A stretch of DNA of 64,000 nt, taken from the NCBI GenBank assembly GCA_973895155.1, contig OZ316899.1, positions 4,653,241 through 4,717,240 on the forward strand. The letters run 5' to 3'. Both the position numbers and the translations under genes were made by a program. Within the stretch, counting starts at the first letter, position 1. Each line of letters starts with the position of its first letter. Positions 1-12,115 of this stretch are shown in pieces. This stretch comes from Marsupella aquatica (Eukaryota; Plantae; Marchantiophyta). A model generated the notes under the pieces. It was not told the DNA's origin. It worked only from the letters and a program-made list of their open reading frames with translations, and ran no database searches.

Positions 1-205
1 CCCTGTACCAAGTGCTAGCGCCAAGTCTGGGAAAAAATGTATGTTACACATCCCTATTTTGACTTCATCTTTGGGTAGCGCCCGACGCTATTATGTGTCC
101 TGCATTTAATATGTTTTATCTTGTATCAATGTTGGTGTTTGGTCAGCACCTGGCGCTATTACTATTTTTGTGTTAAATAACATTCTATTTTTGACGGATC
201 TGTAG

Positions 206-2035
206 GTGGGAGAAAATTTGATGGTGCCACAAACGACACAAAAATAGATGCCACTTCAAAAGTCTTTGAGGCCAATACTGGTGCCAATCCAGACCCTACC
301 ACTCCAGTTGAGAAGGGGAAAGCTATAGTTCTTATCGACGCCACAAGCACAAAGAAGAAGAAGAAGAAAAGGGCCATCGATGCTTAGGAATCATCTCGAG
401 ATAATGCTTGTGGGGCTGGTCTCCAACGAGATGTGGGGAATTTCAAGAGCAAAGTGGGAAGGCACTGTATGATTGAATCCAGCTTGGCAGAATTTATAGA
501 TAGTGCGATAGTGCTTTTAGCAAGGAGGAGAAGCCAGATTGGGTCGCAGACGCTGAGAAGTGGGATAAGGATTTGATTAAGTCGGGGTGTAGAGATAAAG
601 GAATCATTAGAGGTGGGAAGGAACAATTTTTGGGGGTCAATGCGGGTTTCATCTATCTTCCAACTAGGTTGAAACCCACCATTGTTGACCGTCGGGTCCC
701 ATAATGGAATGTAATAGATCACACAACAGCCAAATCATTTTTCCAAGCTATGGATCCTTTCCTTTTGGATGATGGCATGCTAGCTATCTTATATTCGGAT
801 GACCACGATCAGATTTCCCAAGTCATTGCTACATGTCAGCAGTCCAAGAAGTTCATGTGCATTAATATGCACAATGTTTTCATGCCGGTCCCAATGTATA
901 GATCCAAGACAGACGTCTAGGTAAATGTTTTCTCTAAGTCTTACTTTATTAGCGCCCAACGCTATTTTTACTTTTGGAGTTCTTCTCTGTTGACTAAGAG
1001 ATTTTTTCAATCCAATTGGTTTGCCGACTTGTGTAGGTCTTCACTCTTATACTGGATATATTTTGTCAAGTTTCCTTCAAGGGAAAGGTCCCAAAGGATC
1101 CAAGATTCAAGCTATTATCAAGCGCTGAAGATCCTTCAATCTCAAACCTCATTGGGCTCCAATCTTTGAAGGCAGATCATTGTCCTAAACTGCACTTTAC
1201 TGGGAACACCCAATTGCCGGTTGGTTTTATGCAAATTGTCATTGAACTTTTTACAATATCGAGGGATATTGTTATGGATTGGACCGTCGGTTCTAGTAGT
1301 ACATTCATTGTTGGGGATTACTCTGGCCGTTTTGTCATTGGATTGGAAAATCATCGGGAGTTTGTTGAGATTGCTTCAAGGATTTTTTTGGACCTCATTT
1401 CTCCCAAACCTTTGGAGACACAACCTCCCCCTCCTCAAATAAGTGGATGGAAAAAGAAAGATAGACTTTGATCTATCCTCAACTTTGACTCAGATGAGGA
1501 GGAAGGTACGCCTAAAGATGACGATCCTGAGGATGTCAATAACGATGGGAAAGATTGAGGAAACCCAACATGAAGGGTCAACGGAGGATAGCAAAGAGTC
1601 TTTTGAGTAATTTTTGTCTCTCATAAGCTCCTTTATCCTTTCAATTGTTGGTGAACCTTTAATTCCACCAGTTCTATCTGCCAAGTACTTACTTCCTCTT
1701 CATCTTCCGTTTCTCTTTTGAGTAGGTCAGAATGGAACCAAAGAAAATGATTTCAACTCCGAAGGAAAGTAGCTTAAAATGTAATCGTCACTCCCTAGAA
1801 GCCCTTTGTGTTGCCATCATACACTAAGAATGTCGCAAGGAAGGCTGAGAAATTTAGGACGCTTTGTTGGGAAACAAAAGGCCTTAGGCTTCTTAGGGGA
1901 GTAGACAAGAAGTTCATGAGGAACCCTTATGTAGATGATGTTTCTAGAAGCAAGTATATTGATGACAAGGCTGAATTGACCGATAGATCTCATAGCTCCA
2001 AAAATGATAGCTCGGGATCTGACACTCAAGAGTAG
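206..2035 (+). pseudogene. 3' exons of ParB-MTase-like cargo gene, copy 1 (N4/N6 DNA methyltransferase-like fold), truncated by window start
   Basis: Exons ~206-920, from 1037, and a last exon from ~1726 are colinear with 49160-50992, with the same intron positions (GT 921..AG 1036). Translation QLPVGFMQIVIELFTISRDIVMDWTVGSSSTFIVGDYSGRFVIGLENHREFVEIASRI matches the C-terminal motif X-I-II pattern of beta-class N6_N4 MTases. Several stops and frameshifts. Confidence 0.75.
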
Positions 2036-2560
2036 TAATCTTATCACCTATAAGGTCAAAGTGCCTCTTGACTATACGCTTATGACCTTGGTTTTGGTTA
2101 GCGCCTGACGCTATTGAATTTTAGTAAATACAAGCGCTTGGCGCGATTGAGACCATTGTACAGATATGATTGGTGGGTTTAACATTTGAGTGACCAGGAT
2201 TGAATCTGAGGGACATATGTCACATCCATTTAATGGTTTTGTCAAACCTGATAATGGGGTTGTGCGTAAAGTCTTTGGTGTGGATTCCTCTCTGTGTTTC
2301 ACTAGCGTACGACGCTCCCCAAGAAAGATACCCTAGGTCCCGAAAAAACACATTGGAAGTTTCTGTTTGGATTTTGTCGTTTATACCTAACGGTCCTTTG
2401 CCCGTCAGTCAAAAATTGGTAGCAAAGTCAGGACCAATAACGGGAAATCCAAGTGCCTTATACATATATTGTTGTCTCAAGGATACCAAACATTTTCAGT
2501 TCCATACATTGGTCGAAGCTCTCAAAGTCCAGTGATCTCATATTTCTCCTTTTCAGTTCA

Positions 2561-2983
2561 ATGGAAGGCCATCTTCAAAGTTCCAATGTAAGAAGTGACC
2601 CGGATGTGCATCATCTCGGTATTGTGAGAGATATGAGAGTGGAGATTGGCACAAATAGGGTTATTCAAGGAGACCCCATTGTTCCCGTTTTGACTCACTT
2701 GACTTCTTTTGAGACAAGGATTGAATCTATTGAGACAGAATCCACTAAGAGTGTCAATTGCCTCCATCTTCCACCGGATGAAGGTATCTATCCCGGGGAG
2801 AGGAACATACCTTGGCAGCGTGATGTTCCATTGCCACCGTTTGTAGAGAGGTTTGCTGTTCATCGGCCCAAACCCATGGAGGTGCCACCACCACTCCATT
2901 GTCAACTTCATGAGATGTTCAGGTGCGTTGACTTTCAAGATATGAATCTCCCTGAAGTCAGTTTTTGGAGATCAGTGCATTGA
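2561..2983 (+). CDS. Hypothetical protein, possible additional cargo gene of DNA-transposon copy 1
   Basis: ATG at 2561 follows a pyrimidine-rich acceptor-like stretch; 140 codons of protein-like composition; bracketed by palindrome copies. No recognisable domain. Confidence 0.35.
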   Translation: MEGHLQSSNVRSDPDVHHLGIVRDMRVEIGTNRVIQGDPIVPVLTHLTSFETRIESIETESTKSVNCLHLPPDEGIYPGERNIPWQRDVPLPPFVERFAVHRPKPMEVPPPLHCQLHEMFRCVDFQDMNLPEVSFWRSVH

Positions 2984-3824
2984 ATGTCCACGAGAGCATA
3001 TGTTAACTTTTGATTAGATGGTTTCTGCGAGGATCCAGATCGGTAGGACGTTGGGATTGACAATGACTGTCACTCTTTGAGCTAGGAAATGGTACAAGGA
3101 ATCACCAAACAGGAGTATTAGCGCCTGGCGCTAGTTAGAATTTTAGGGTTAGGAAGGAATGCCCCTTGTTAGAACTCTATTTAGGACACTTCCCTATCCC
3201 ATCTTTCGGGAGTAGAGGCGCATGGATGTAAAATCTGCCTCATCTAAGTGTATTTTCTGAGATGTTTTGTACATGTATCTCAAACTTTTGAGTTTCCTTC
3301 TTTTCTTTTCTAAAGATTGTACATCAATGAAAATGTCTGGTTTCTTTTTCTTCAATTTCCCATTTGCAGTTCAGACTCAGATACCTTGGGGTATAACCAC
3401 CGTGACAGCAAATAGTAAATAGATTTGCTGTTACGAGCAAAAATTTACTCATACGAGTAATTCAATTACTCATAGCAAAAAATTTGTTTACTCATACGAG
3501 AAACTATTTACTTGTATGAGTTTTATAGGTTATTCAAAGTTGACAAAAAGGGCTCCATTTTAAAAAACAACAACCATATAAGCGCTCTCTGAATGCTAAC
3601 ATAATGGGGCCCACCATTCAATGATAAATAACGGGCCATATAGAGGTCATTATAAGAAGACGCGCTTTATTTAACAGGCAATATATTTGCTATCTGTTGC
3701 AAATTTTGGCTAGCGCCAGGCGCTAGCAACAGACAACACATATTTTTGGATAAGAAACCGGTACATCTTCTGCCCGTTAGAAAAGACAAATGCCACTTAA
3801 AGCTATTGAACGACACCAAATTGA

Positions 3825-6800
3825 CTACATGTCCGTTCCATTTTGTCGATCAAGCAGGTAATGGACTTCACCCAATGTCAGAACTGGTTGACTAGATAGT
3901 GTCAAATCATGAAGACTCAACTTCAACACAGTCCTGAATACCCAATATAGATGTTTGCAAGGCATGTAAGGTTTCCTATAAATGTGCCTCCGATAGAAAT
4001 CCTCACACGAACAGCAAGGGAAACAAAAAATCTGCACCCAATAAGAGGCAGCAGTCCTCTCATATTCATGTGTTCTGATACAATACTGCTTCCCCCACTC
4101 GTGACATCTCTCTCGCATACGAGTCTCATTACTTCTGTTTCGGGATGCTTCAATCTTCTTGTAATGTGTTTGAGTTAGATTCACTCTCTGCAAGCACTTC
4201 CTTCCATTCCTGGAGCCACATCTGAAAATTGGGTCCGCTAAATTGATCCTCTCTTGGAACAAATTCACATCGATGCGCAACTCAAACGGGGATGGCTCCT
4301 GACCTTCCCTTACCTCTCCTGTACCAATTAGACCTTGTTCTCTCAAGAATTGGATCTCGCCCTCCTGGAGATTGGTCCTTCTTGCAATGGGAAGAACGGG
4401 TGGTATATTGGGAATGTTTGAAACATCTCTTCTTGGCCAACTTATGTGACATTTGTTGTTTGGGAAAAACCATATCTGGTCCGGATGAGGTTCTCCTCTA
4501 AAAAGTCTACATCCTCTTACAGATATTGCGACAACTCCTTCTGGATTTGGAAACCCAACCTTCTTTACTCGATTTTGACATTCATTGCGGCTTCCTCTCC
4601 AACCGAGGGTCCCATTACAAGCTGGACCAGCACCACATTTTGCAGTTTGTTGGAGCTGCCAGAGACCTGGAGCTATGTCAGTTTCCATCGGGAGAAGAGA
4701 TTCCTTAGGCGCGGCCTCAGCTTCATGTCTGCCGGGAGGAATAGAAGATCTTGTCGTTCGATGTGAGGGTGTCTCAAGGACGACGACCTCCTCAAAATCT
4801 TCACTCTTAGTTTGAGACAAATTAACAACACCACTTCCACCAGCAGAAGGTGTGGAAGACATCTTCTCAAAGTCTGTGGAATGGAGGTTTCTCCTCTTCA
4901 AACCCCTTATATTTGGTGAAATCACAAGGATAGTATCATGCTTGTGAGAGTCTTGTGCCAAGACATTCCCACTTGCATTACCTTTTTGTTTCACCGATCG
5001 AGTGATGACGTCTCCATTCAATGGAACAATTCTTTCCAAATCAAATTCAGCTGCGTTGGAAAGAAGGAGATTGGTCGCTTCTTCAAATAGACATGAAGAC
5101 CCTGTCATGTCCGCAGATCTGAAAGCCAGCTCAAAGATAGTGGGTCTAGTTCCCCGATGTACTCCTCGACCGTATGCAGTATAAGTTGCAATCTGACATA
5201 CGGCTTGGTTTTGGTCAGTTTTGCATCCCTCCATGAGGCCAACCCGCTTCTTCATTTGCCACGCCTTCATGCTTGCATGGACCAATTCCGAACTAGTACA
5301 ATTCTGAATCATACCTGCCTCCTCAGCACTCTTGCTCTGTCATCGAAAACAAATAAATATATTTAGCAACTACAGTAATTTGCGACAAGTGGAGTTTGTA
5401 TTTATGCTATATGGACTCTAACTATAAGTAGCGCCCGGGGCTATCAAATCTCTTGCATCAATGCCATGTTCGTAGTTGCAAAAGTCTGCTTGTTCACACT
5501 AGCGCGTGGCGCTACTATACTGTAACAAGGCATTGGACTCCGAGTACTCATTTTCCATAATAGCGTCGGGCGCTATTACAAAACATTGGTAAAGGACTAT
5601 CATGAATATAAGAAAAGACTTACCAGTCTTATGAAGTTTCCCCACTGTCTCCAACGGACGACCCACCATGAGAGCCATCCTTGCAACATTCGAAGCTTCC
5701 CCTGATGGCAATTTCCAGCTTGCCACCAATCGTCGATCTCTCTTGACATATGATATGCGTCCAAAAATGTTTTTGCGTTACAAAGACTGTCCCACATCTT
5801 CTTGTGTTCTTCAAGTTTTCCTTCTGGAACACCTTCGCGTGAATGCCAACAAAATGACTGATAAAAATGAAACGCATCTGATCGCTCTCGGTCAGGATTA
5901 GGTACCCCATTGAAGAAAACATTTCGCATCGCATTCCAACCAGCCTAGGCATTGTCCACCATGAATCCTTGAATTTGAATGTTCTCCAAGCCATTTTCAC
6001 TCGCAACTTCTATCATCAATCGCCACGCTCTCTCTAAGGATTTGGTGTCTTCAACCTTTAACTCACAAGTGAAAATTGTACAAAGTGCCCGATAGTGATG
6101 ATCATATACATGAACACTAAAAGTTAGCCAGTTTGATGTAATTCCATGCATGACGTCGAAACTCACCATGACCCCTCTAATGAACCACCACGCTGCATTT
6201 TCCGGAGAAGGTTGATCCCAGATCCTTTGCCTTTCACAGTCATCTTGAAGATGTGAGCACTTTCGTCTTGACATCCTTGGCCTGGAAGCAAATACCTATG
6301 AAGAAAGGGACGTCTCACACACTTTTGCATCCACACCAAATATTCAAGCTCATCTTTACCTTTCTGGTCTTGCCTCACACTTCACAGAACAGAAGCAAAC
6401 TTTTGTGGGGTAGCAACAACCATGAGGAACTCCCATATCTCCTTCTCCTCTTCCAAAGACATTTCCTCCACAGATTCCTCACAGAGGACATTGGTTAGAG
6501 AGTCTGTAGCCGCATTTTTTATCCCATCGGGCGTAGCTCGTGGATTAGCTTGGAACTGCTTTGCAAGGTGAGTCTTAGCAACCTTTTCAACCTCTCTCGA
6601 CCACACCCGATGATTGGGATGGTTGTGAAATCCCATGTGCACAGCCAGCCGGGACATATACGCCAAATGTGTTGAATCCACTTTGGCCGAAGGATACATA
6701 TAGAACATCATGGCCGGACACAATCTCGTACACATCGAAGGTTCAAAGCAGTGGTGACAGACAATACCACCTTGCGGGATGAGTTCTCCAACTTGAAAGG

Positions 6801-7643
6801 TTCCTGAGAGTTTTGGTGATCTTGCCCAGACTTGGTTGTTCCTAGTCTTTTTGTCTCTCTAGAATTGGCAGGAATTGTTCCAACATTCAAGAGAACCGGT
6901 ACACTGAACCTTTCCAAAATCCCACATCTTCTTCGATAAAACATTCAAAGATGTTTTGACAATGTGCGTCCAGTAATAGCAATCCTTCCCGCGGTCCATG
7001 TCCTTTAGTCGTTCCCCTTTCAAATTCACGCAATCGACTGGAGGCAACTCAAACACAACATTCCCATTGTATGTCATCGGGAGGCTAGGAACTATCTGAT
7101 GCGTGAAATCCTTCTCCCTAATGAAACAAGATAACTCGCTATGCCCCTTTGATTTTAGGATAGTATCCATCGCACTTTGCCGATATACAATTGGAACATC
7201 TTGAACCTCCATCTTCACAACCAAGGGATCCACTGGGATCCTTTTTGGGACATCAAAGGAAAGGGCAGAATTTTCCCCTCGTCTTCCAAAGTGTCAGAGA
7301 GATTGACAACATCAACACCACCAGGAACAGGACATGGATCTTCCGATGCTTCAGAATCTTCCAAAACAAAGACCTCGTATACTTTATCCGGATACATCGT
7401 CCAAAACCTGAGTCCATCAACGACATCGTAGAAGATGGTATTTGCCTTTGAATCCTTAGGGAGGAGGGACACAGAGAGAATACACTCTTTTGAAACATCA
7501 AATCTTAACCCCAAATATTCATCCGAAACTCTCCTTGACTGAGATTCAGGGGATACGATAACTGTGACAACATCCCGCGTGTCCTTGCGTCTAACTACAA
7601 TCGATCGTCCCATTTCAGCGGAAGAGAATAATCGATGTCTCAC
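3825..7643 (-). pseudogene. MULE/Mutator-like DDE transposase with N-terminal Cys/His (GCM/WRKY-like) region and C-terminal SWIM finger, disrupted
   Basis: Fragments give CWNNSC..CHHC..C..HMGFHNHP; VSFDVMH (D1); GFMVDNA (D2); DAFHF (CxxH position); NCTSSELVHASMK (E); SWIM CSCEDF..PCKHLYWV. One intron at ~5337-5623. Several in-frame stops and a frameshift. Confidence 0.82.
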
Positions 7644-9462
7644 TTTGCCAATCGGTTTAAGGCTTGTTTGATGTACGAGGTTAATAACGACAGTATAAAT
7701 GAACGTTGAATAATGACAAAGAAAGATACGTTAAGCGTTTGGACGATGTAAATCAATTGAGTTTTGTCGTTATTCAACGGCTGTATTGAACCAACTGATT
7801 GGTCAGTAGTTTAATAGCGTCGGGCGCTACTTTTGTGAACGGAGAACAACTTCACAATGGAAGCATGACTCTGGACCAAATATAGTACCGCGTGGGGAGG
7901 AGGAGAGGGAAAACTCAGATTGTAATAATAGCGCTCGGCGCTATCATCAAAGCTCGTACGTTATAACTCTAACAATAGACAAGAAATCCGTGACGCGGTC
8001 CAAATACGCAGTGTGCATTGAAGTTTTCACAATCGAGAGATCTCAAAAATCTACCAACGCATCTCGTACGTCTATTGCACGATTGGAAACCATTACATCT
8101 AAGACATCCATCTGGGGTCCGAACGTTCTCTCCTCTATCCCCAAAACCTGGCCGGTGAGTCTGCCTCCCATCATTTGGAGTTCTTTGTTCTCAAAACTTT
8201 TATTGCGCTCCTGCCTCCGGTTTCGTCCAAGAAACTTCTGTTCAGTCTCAATCTTTTAGAGTCGTTTGTTTAGGTTTCCATGGCTCCACCACAAGCAAAG
8301 GGGAAGGCGAAGGTTACATTTCAAAGCGACAGCAATAGAGAGGGTGCTGTGGAGAAGTCTCTCACAAAGCCTCCAGCTCATTTGACCGTCCCAATCTTGG
8401 CAAAGGGGAAAGTGATCGCTAAGACACGGGGAACTGTATCCGCACCAGATGGTGCTCCTCAGGCTAAAGTAGAAGTTCAACCCTTGGTGCATAAATCTTG
8501 GGTGTCCAAGGCGGAGTTTTCTTCTTTGCACCAGTCACCTGGGCATGGCACAAGTTGTCACGTCGTCAACCTAGGCCTTAACCCGGGCTTTGGCTTAGAC
8601 AGGCACATCCTTTGTGAATATGAGGGTTCGGGCAGGGAGGGACGCACAAAATGCTCCTAATTCACGTAAATTAGCGCTAAGTGCACTTATTGTTATGTAC
8701 AGACACCTCCTAGGTATAGTTTGTGTTCTGCCGCCTGAACGTACCTTAGTCAACACGGGGTCAACCCCGGCTCACGGACTTCTAAGCCTTTGTGTTACCG
8801 CCTTCGATCCGGATCCGTTAGTACAAGAGCTCAACTCGGGCTCGCAACCCCGTACCCATATCCTGAACCCCGTGCACGGTTGGCATAACGTGTTTGGCCC
8901 GTCATTGATACTTGCACATGAGACTCATACATGCATACATACATAACATAAATCTTGATTTACACGAAGGAATTAAAGAGAAAGGATTTCATTCATTTAT
9001 GATCATACACTTTACGATTGGTTGACCCGACACCTCGTGAACAACCGGGCCCAAGGCCGAGGAGTATACACTACAATGGAGCCCGACTCTGCACTCGCCC
9101 AATGTGACGGGTACCCCGTCACGGGAAGTCACACATAACTGGTTGCAAAGGCCGATACCTTGTTAATAGTCAATGTAAATAAGCCATTTTTTAATTTTTA
9201 GTTAATTCCGTCATTATAGGTTGATGATGCCCCAGGTGACTTTATATTCTTTCTCTCATAATAGTTCTAAGATTTGCGGCGACCTAAGTGGGCAAATATT
9301 TTGGGACCTTGAAACTAGCCAGGACCAGCCCCATAGGACTTACCGTTTTGCTTCAAGAGCTATTGTTGAGACCCCCATTGCAAAGTCAGGAGAGGGGGGG
9401 TTTTTTTTAAATAAATCCCTCCTCAGGAGGGCGAGTCCCATTAGTGGCCGTCCGAGAGAAAG

Positions 9463-9836
9463 AGGGGCTGCCTCGCGAGCCCATAGGGCTGCGTGCCCGG
9501 GCGATTAATGGGGCTCCGCGAGCTGAAGGGGCTGCCTCGCGAGCCCATAGGGCTGCGTGCCCGGGCAATTAATGAGGCTCCGCGAGCTGAAGGAGCGCAA
9601 GCGAGCGGGGGGGGGGGAGTTAAAGGGCCTCCCGCGAGCTGGGAGGATCACGCGAGCGGGGGGGAGTTAAAGGGCCTCCCGCGAGCTGGGAGGATCACGC
9701 GAGCGGGGGGGAGTTAAAGGGCCTCCCGCGAGCTGGGAGGATCACGCGAGCGGGGGGGAGTTAAAGGGCCTCCCGCGAGCTGGGAGGATCACGCGAGCGG
9801 GGGGGAGTTGAAGGGCCTCCCGCGAGCCGGGAGGAA
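9463..9836 (+). repeat. GC-rich tandem repeats in LTR of A: 64-bp unit x2 then 47-bp unit x5 (also at ~20206-20580)
   Basis: 47-bp unit CGCGAGCGGGGGGGAGTTAAAGGGCCTCCCGCGAGCTGGGAGGATCA with starts at 9651, 9698, 9745 and 9792; both unit types share CGCGAGC. Confidence 0.95.
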
Positions 9837-10258
9837 TGGCCGCGCGCCCTGCATAGGGCCGCGCGCAGGAGGACGCAAGGGTAAGGCCCGAGAAATGGGC
9901 CGGGGCGCATGGCGAAGGCGCCAGGAGTTTTTTCGGTTCTATTTTTTTTTCCTTCCTTTTTCTTTCCCTCTTCCTTTTGCACGACCCTCTCATTGCCGAA
10001 AGCAAAAACGGGGTTCTTCTCTCTCTTGCCGGAAGCTCTCTCCAGATTCTAATTATTTTTGAAGCTCTCTCTTTCATGGTGGATTAGTGGGGCTTGCTGG
10101 CGTCATTCTTCCAGGCATTAGTGGCGGCCGCACGGAGTAGTGACGGGAAATTGAGAGAATTTAAGTGATCGGGCTACGGGGGCTGTTTCGGGCCAGGGAA
10201 TTGACATTGCCACGGGTGACGGGATTGGTGATTGAGAAATTGATTTCGGGATGCATGG

Positions 10259-12115
10259 ATGCTAGATCAACCAGAGTTTAGTGCGTCACGCATTCGGAGA
10301 TACAAGGCTGCTTACCGTGACTACGTGGAGACTCGGATTACACGGGAAAGGGAAGAGAGAGAAGTTATGATGAGCACGGGATTGGCAGCGGGTTCCTCAC
10401 CGGTGGGTAGGAAGATTTTTCGTCGAATTTATCCCAAGACCTCCACCAAGGTGATGGAGGATTGTCGGAACATTTTCCAAGCCACCGGGCTTACAGAATT
10501 CATGAAGGTGGAGATTACCATCCCTTCAGGGAAGAGCTGGGACATTGAGGCCGGGATGGAGTTCCGAACGGAGGGAATCTACTTTGAATGTCTCAAACGT
10601 GTAGTGCCCCATGTGGAGTTGGCTAAGCTATTGTTTCTTGAGAATCAGAAATTCTCATTCACACCTCGGAATATCAGGGGAGAACTCACGTTGAAAATGG
10701 TGGCCACTTGGGTGACCAATCCTACCTCCACCACCGCCATCCCTCTTTCTGCTGTCAAGGATGTTGAGTATAAGGGCTTCCTGGCCAAGGTGCATCAACG
10801 GGTTCTTGGCAACGTGCAATCCGGAGTGCTGAATGAGGAGCATTTCGTGGTAGCTATGGACATCAAGAACTACCCAGCCCATGTGTACGGATGGTGGTGC
10901 TACGGATTGAAGAAGCTATTGGCCGCTGAGCCCGGGAGTGTGAAACCAGGTGGGGCTGTACATTTGATGGGGTCATTTGTATTGGCCAGGGCAGAAGGGT
11001 TGATTGGTTCTCCGGGGCATGAAGACACGGGATCATCTCTCACCACGGAGATCCGGAGTATTGCCACTACCGTTTTAGGGAAGCTCACGGAGGAATCATT
11101 GTCTGCTGGTGGGGAGGATAATAGAGAAGAAGAGAACCAGGAGGATGATTGCACATTGGAGTGGCTTGAATCACTCGTGGGAGATCCGAAACAGCCTCTG
11201 GAATACAACATTCCGGATGTTTACTTGGCAGAGCTACGGGATTTCAGAGAGGGAGTCCACGAGGGACTCAAGCTAGTCCACGCATTGAGGGAGTCTCTCA
11301 AGCACGCCACAGTCAAAGTAGAGACGTTAGAGCAGAGCATCCTGTCACTGAAGGAGGTGATCAAGACCAAGGAGCAGACCATTCATGAGAAGGTCAGGCA
11401 CATCAATGCAGCTCACGTAGAGATCACCAACTTGAAGGGAGCTTTGTCCACCAAGGCCAAGGAAGCAGAAGAAGTAGGAGCGTTGAGGCAAGCATTGGCC
11501 AAAGAGAAGCAAAATTCTGGAGAAGTGATGGAGTGGAGGAACCAGGTGGGAGCACTACGGAGTCAGGTGGCAGCCTTTGAGACACGAGCGAAGAGAAGTG
11601 AGGCCCTGAGTCTAGGGAAACGGAAGAGTCCCGGCACACCTGGCTCCACACTTTCCCCGGATGTGATCTCCCAAGCTATCGAGATGGTGGTGAAGGAGGT
11701 TAGTGGGAAGTATGGACCCTTGTTGGATGGAGCCAAGAAGAGTCAGGAGAAGAGTAAGAGCTTGGAGAAGAAGCTCCGGGAGGTACGGAAATCGTTACGG
11801 GAGGCTCAGGTCAGTACGGGGATGCCACCCAGGTCTGTCACCCCCGGGACTCCCATGGCCACGGGGCAAGTTCTACCGTTGGAGTTGCGGTCCGGAGAAG
11901 AGGCTACCCTCTGGAAGGACACAATTGGTGAGGGGTACATCAAGGCGTGGCAGGCCTTGGCTGCTTTGAGGAAGCGCGGGAGCAGCAGCACTAAGAGTAC
12001 TCCGTCGAAGAAGAAGAAAAGTACGGTGGCACTCACTCCCGTGAGTGATGAGGAGGAGGACCACTCACGGGGCACAAGTCCGGGCACCGAGAGCGAAGAA
12101 GAAGAGGAGGATTAG
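10259..12115 (+). CDS. LTR-encoded 618-aa protein of A (divergent PMD/plant-transposon-protein-like N half, coiled coil, basic NLS-like and acidic tail)
   Basis: Intact ORF wholly inside the LTR; heptad region VETLEQSILSLKEVIKTKEQTI; PSKKKK; weak similarity to the B and C LTR ORFs. Confidence 0.85.
   Translation: MLDQPEFSASRIRRYKAAYRDYVETRITREREEREVMMSTGLAAGSSPVGRKIFRRIYPKTSTKVMEDCRNIFQATGLTEFMKVEITIPSGKSWDIEAGMEFRTEGIYFECLKRVVPHVELAKLLFLENQKFSFTPRNIRGELTLKMVATWVTNPTSTTAIPLSAVKDVEYKGFLAKVHQRVLGNVQSGVLNEEHFVVAMDIKNYPAHVYGWWCYGLKKLLAAEPGSVKPGGAVHLMGSFVLARAEGLIGSPGHEDTGSSLTTEIRSIATTVLGKLTEESLSAGGEDNREEENQEDDCTLEWLESLVGDPKQPLEYNIPDVYLAELRDFREGVHEGLKLVHALRESLKHATVKVETLEQSILSLKEVIKTKEQTIHEKVRHINAAHVEITNLKGALSTKAKEAEEVGALRQALAKEKQNSGEVMEWRNQVGALRSQVAAFETRAKRSEALSLGKRKSPGTPGSTLSPDVISQAIEMVVKEVSGKYGPLLDGAKKSQEKSKSLEKKLREVRKSLREAQVSTGMPPRSVTPGTPMATGQVLPLELRSGEEATLWKDTIGEGYIKAWQALAALRKRGSSSTKSTPSKKKKSTVALTPVSDEEEDHSRGTSPGTESEEEEED

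Noticed and set aside
9600-9836. Regular 47-bp repeats as a CRISPR array
   Set aside because: Units are contiguous and near-identical with no unique spacers; no cas genes; located inside an LTR.
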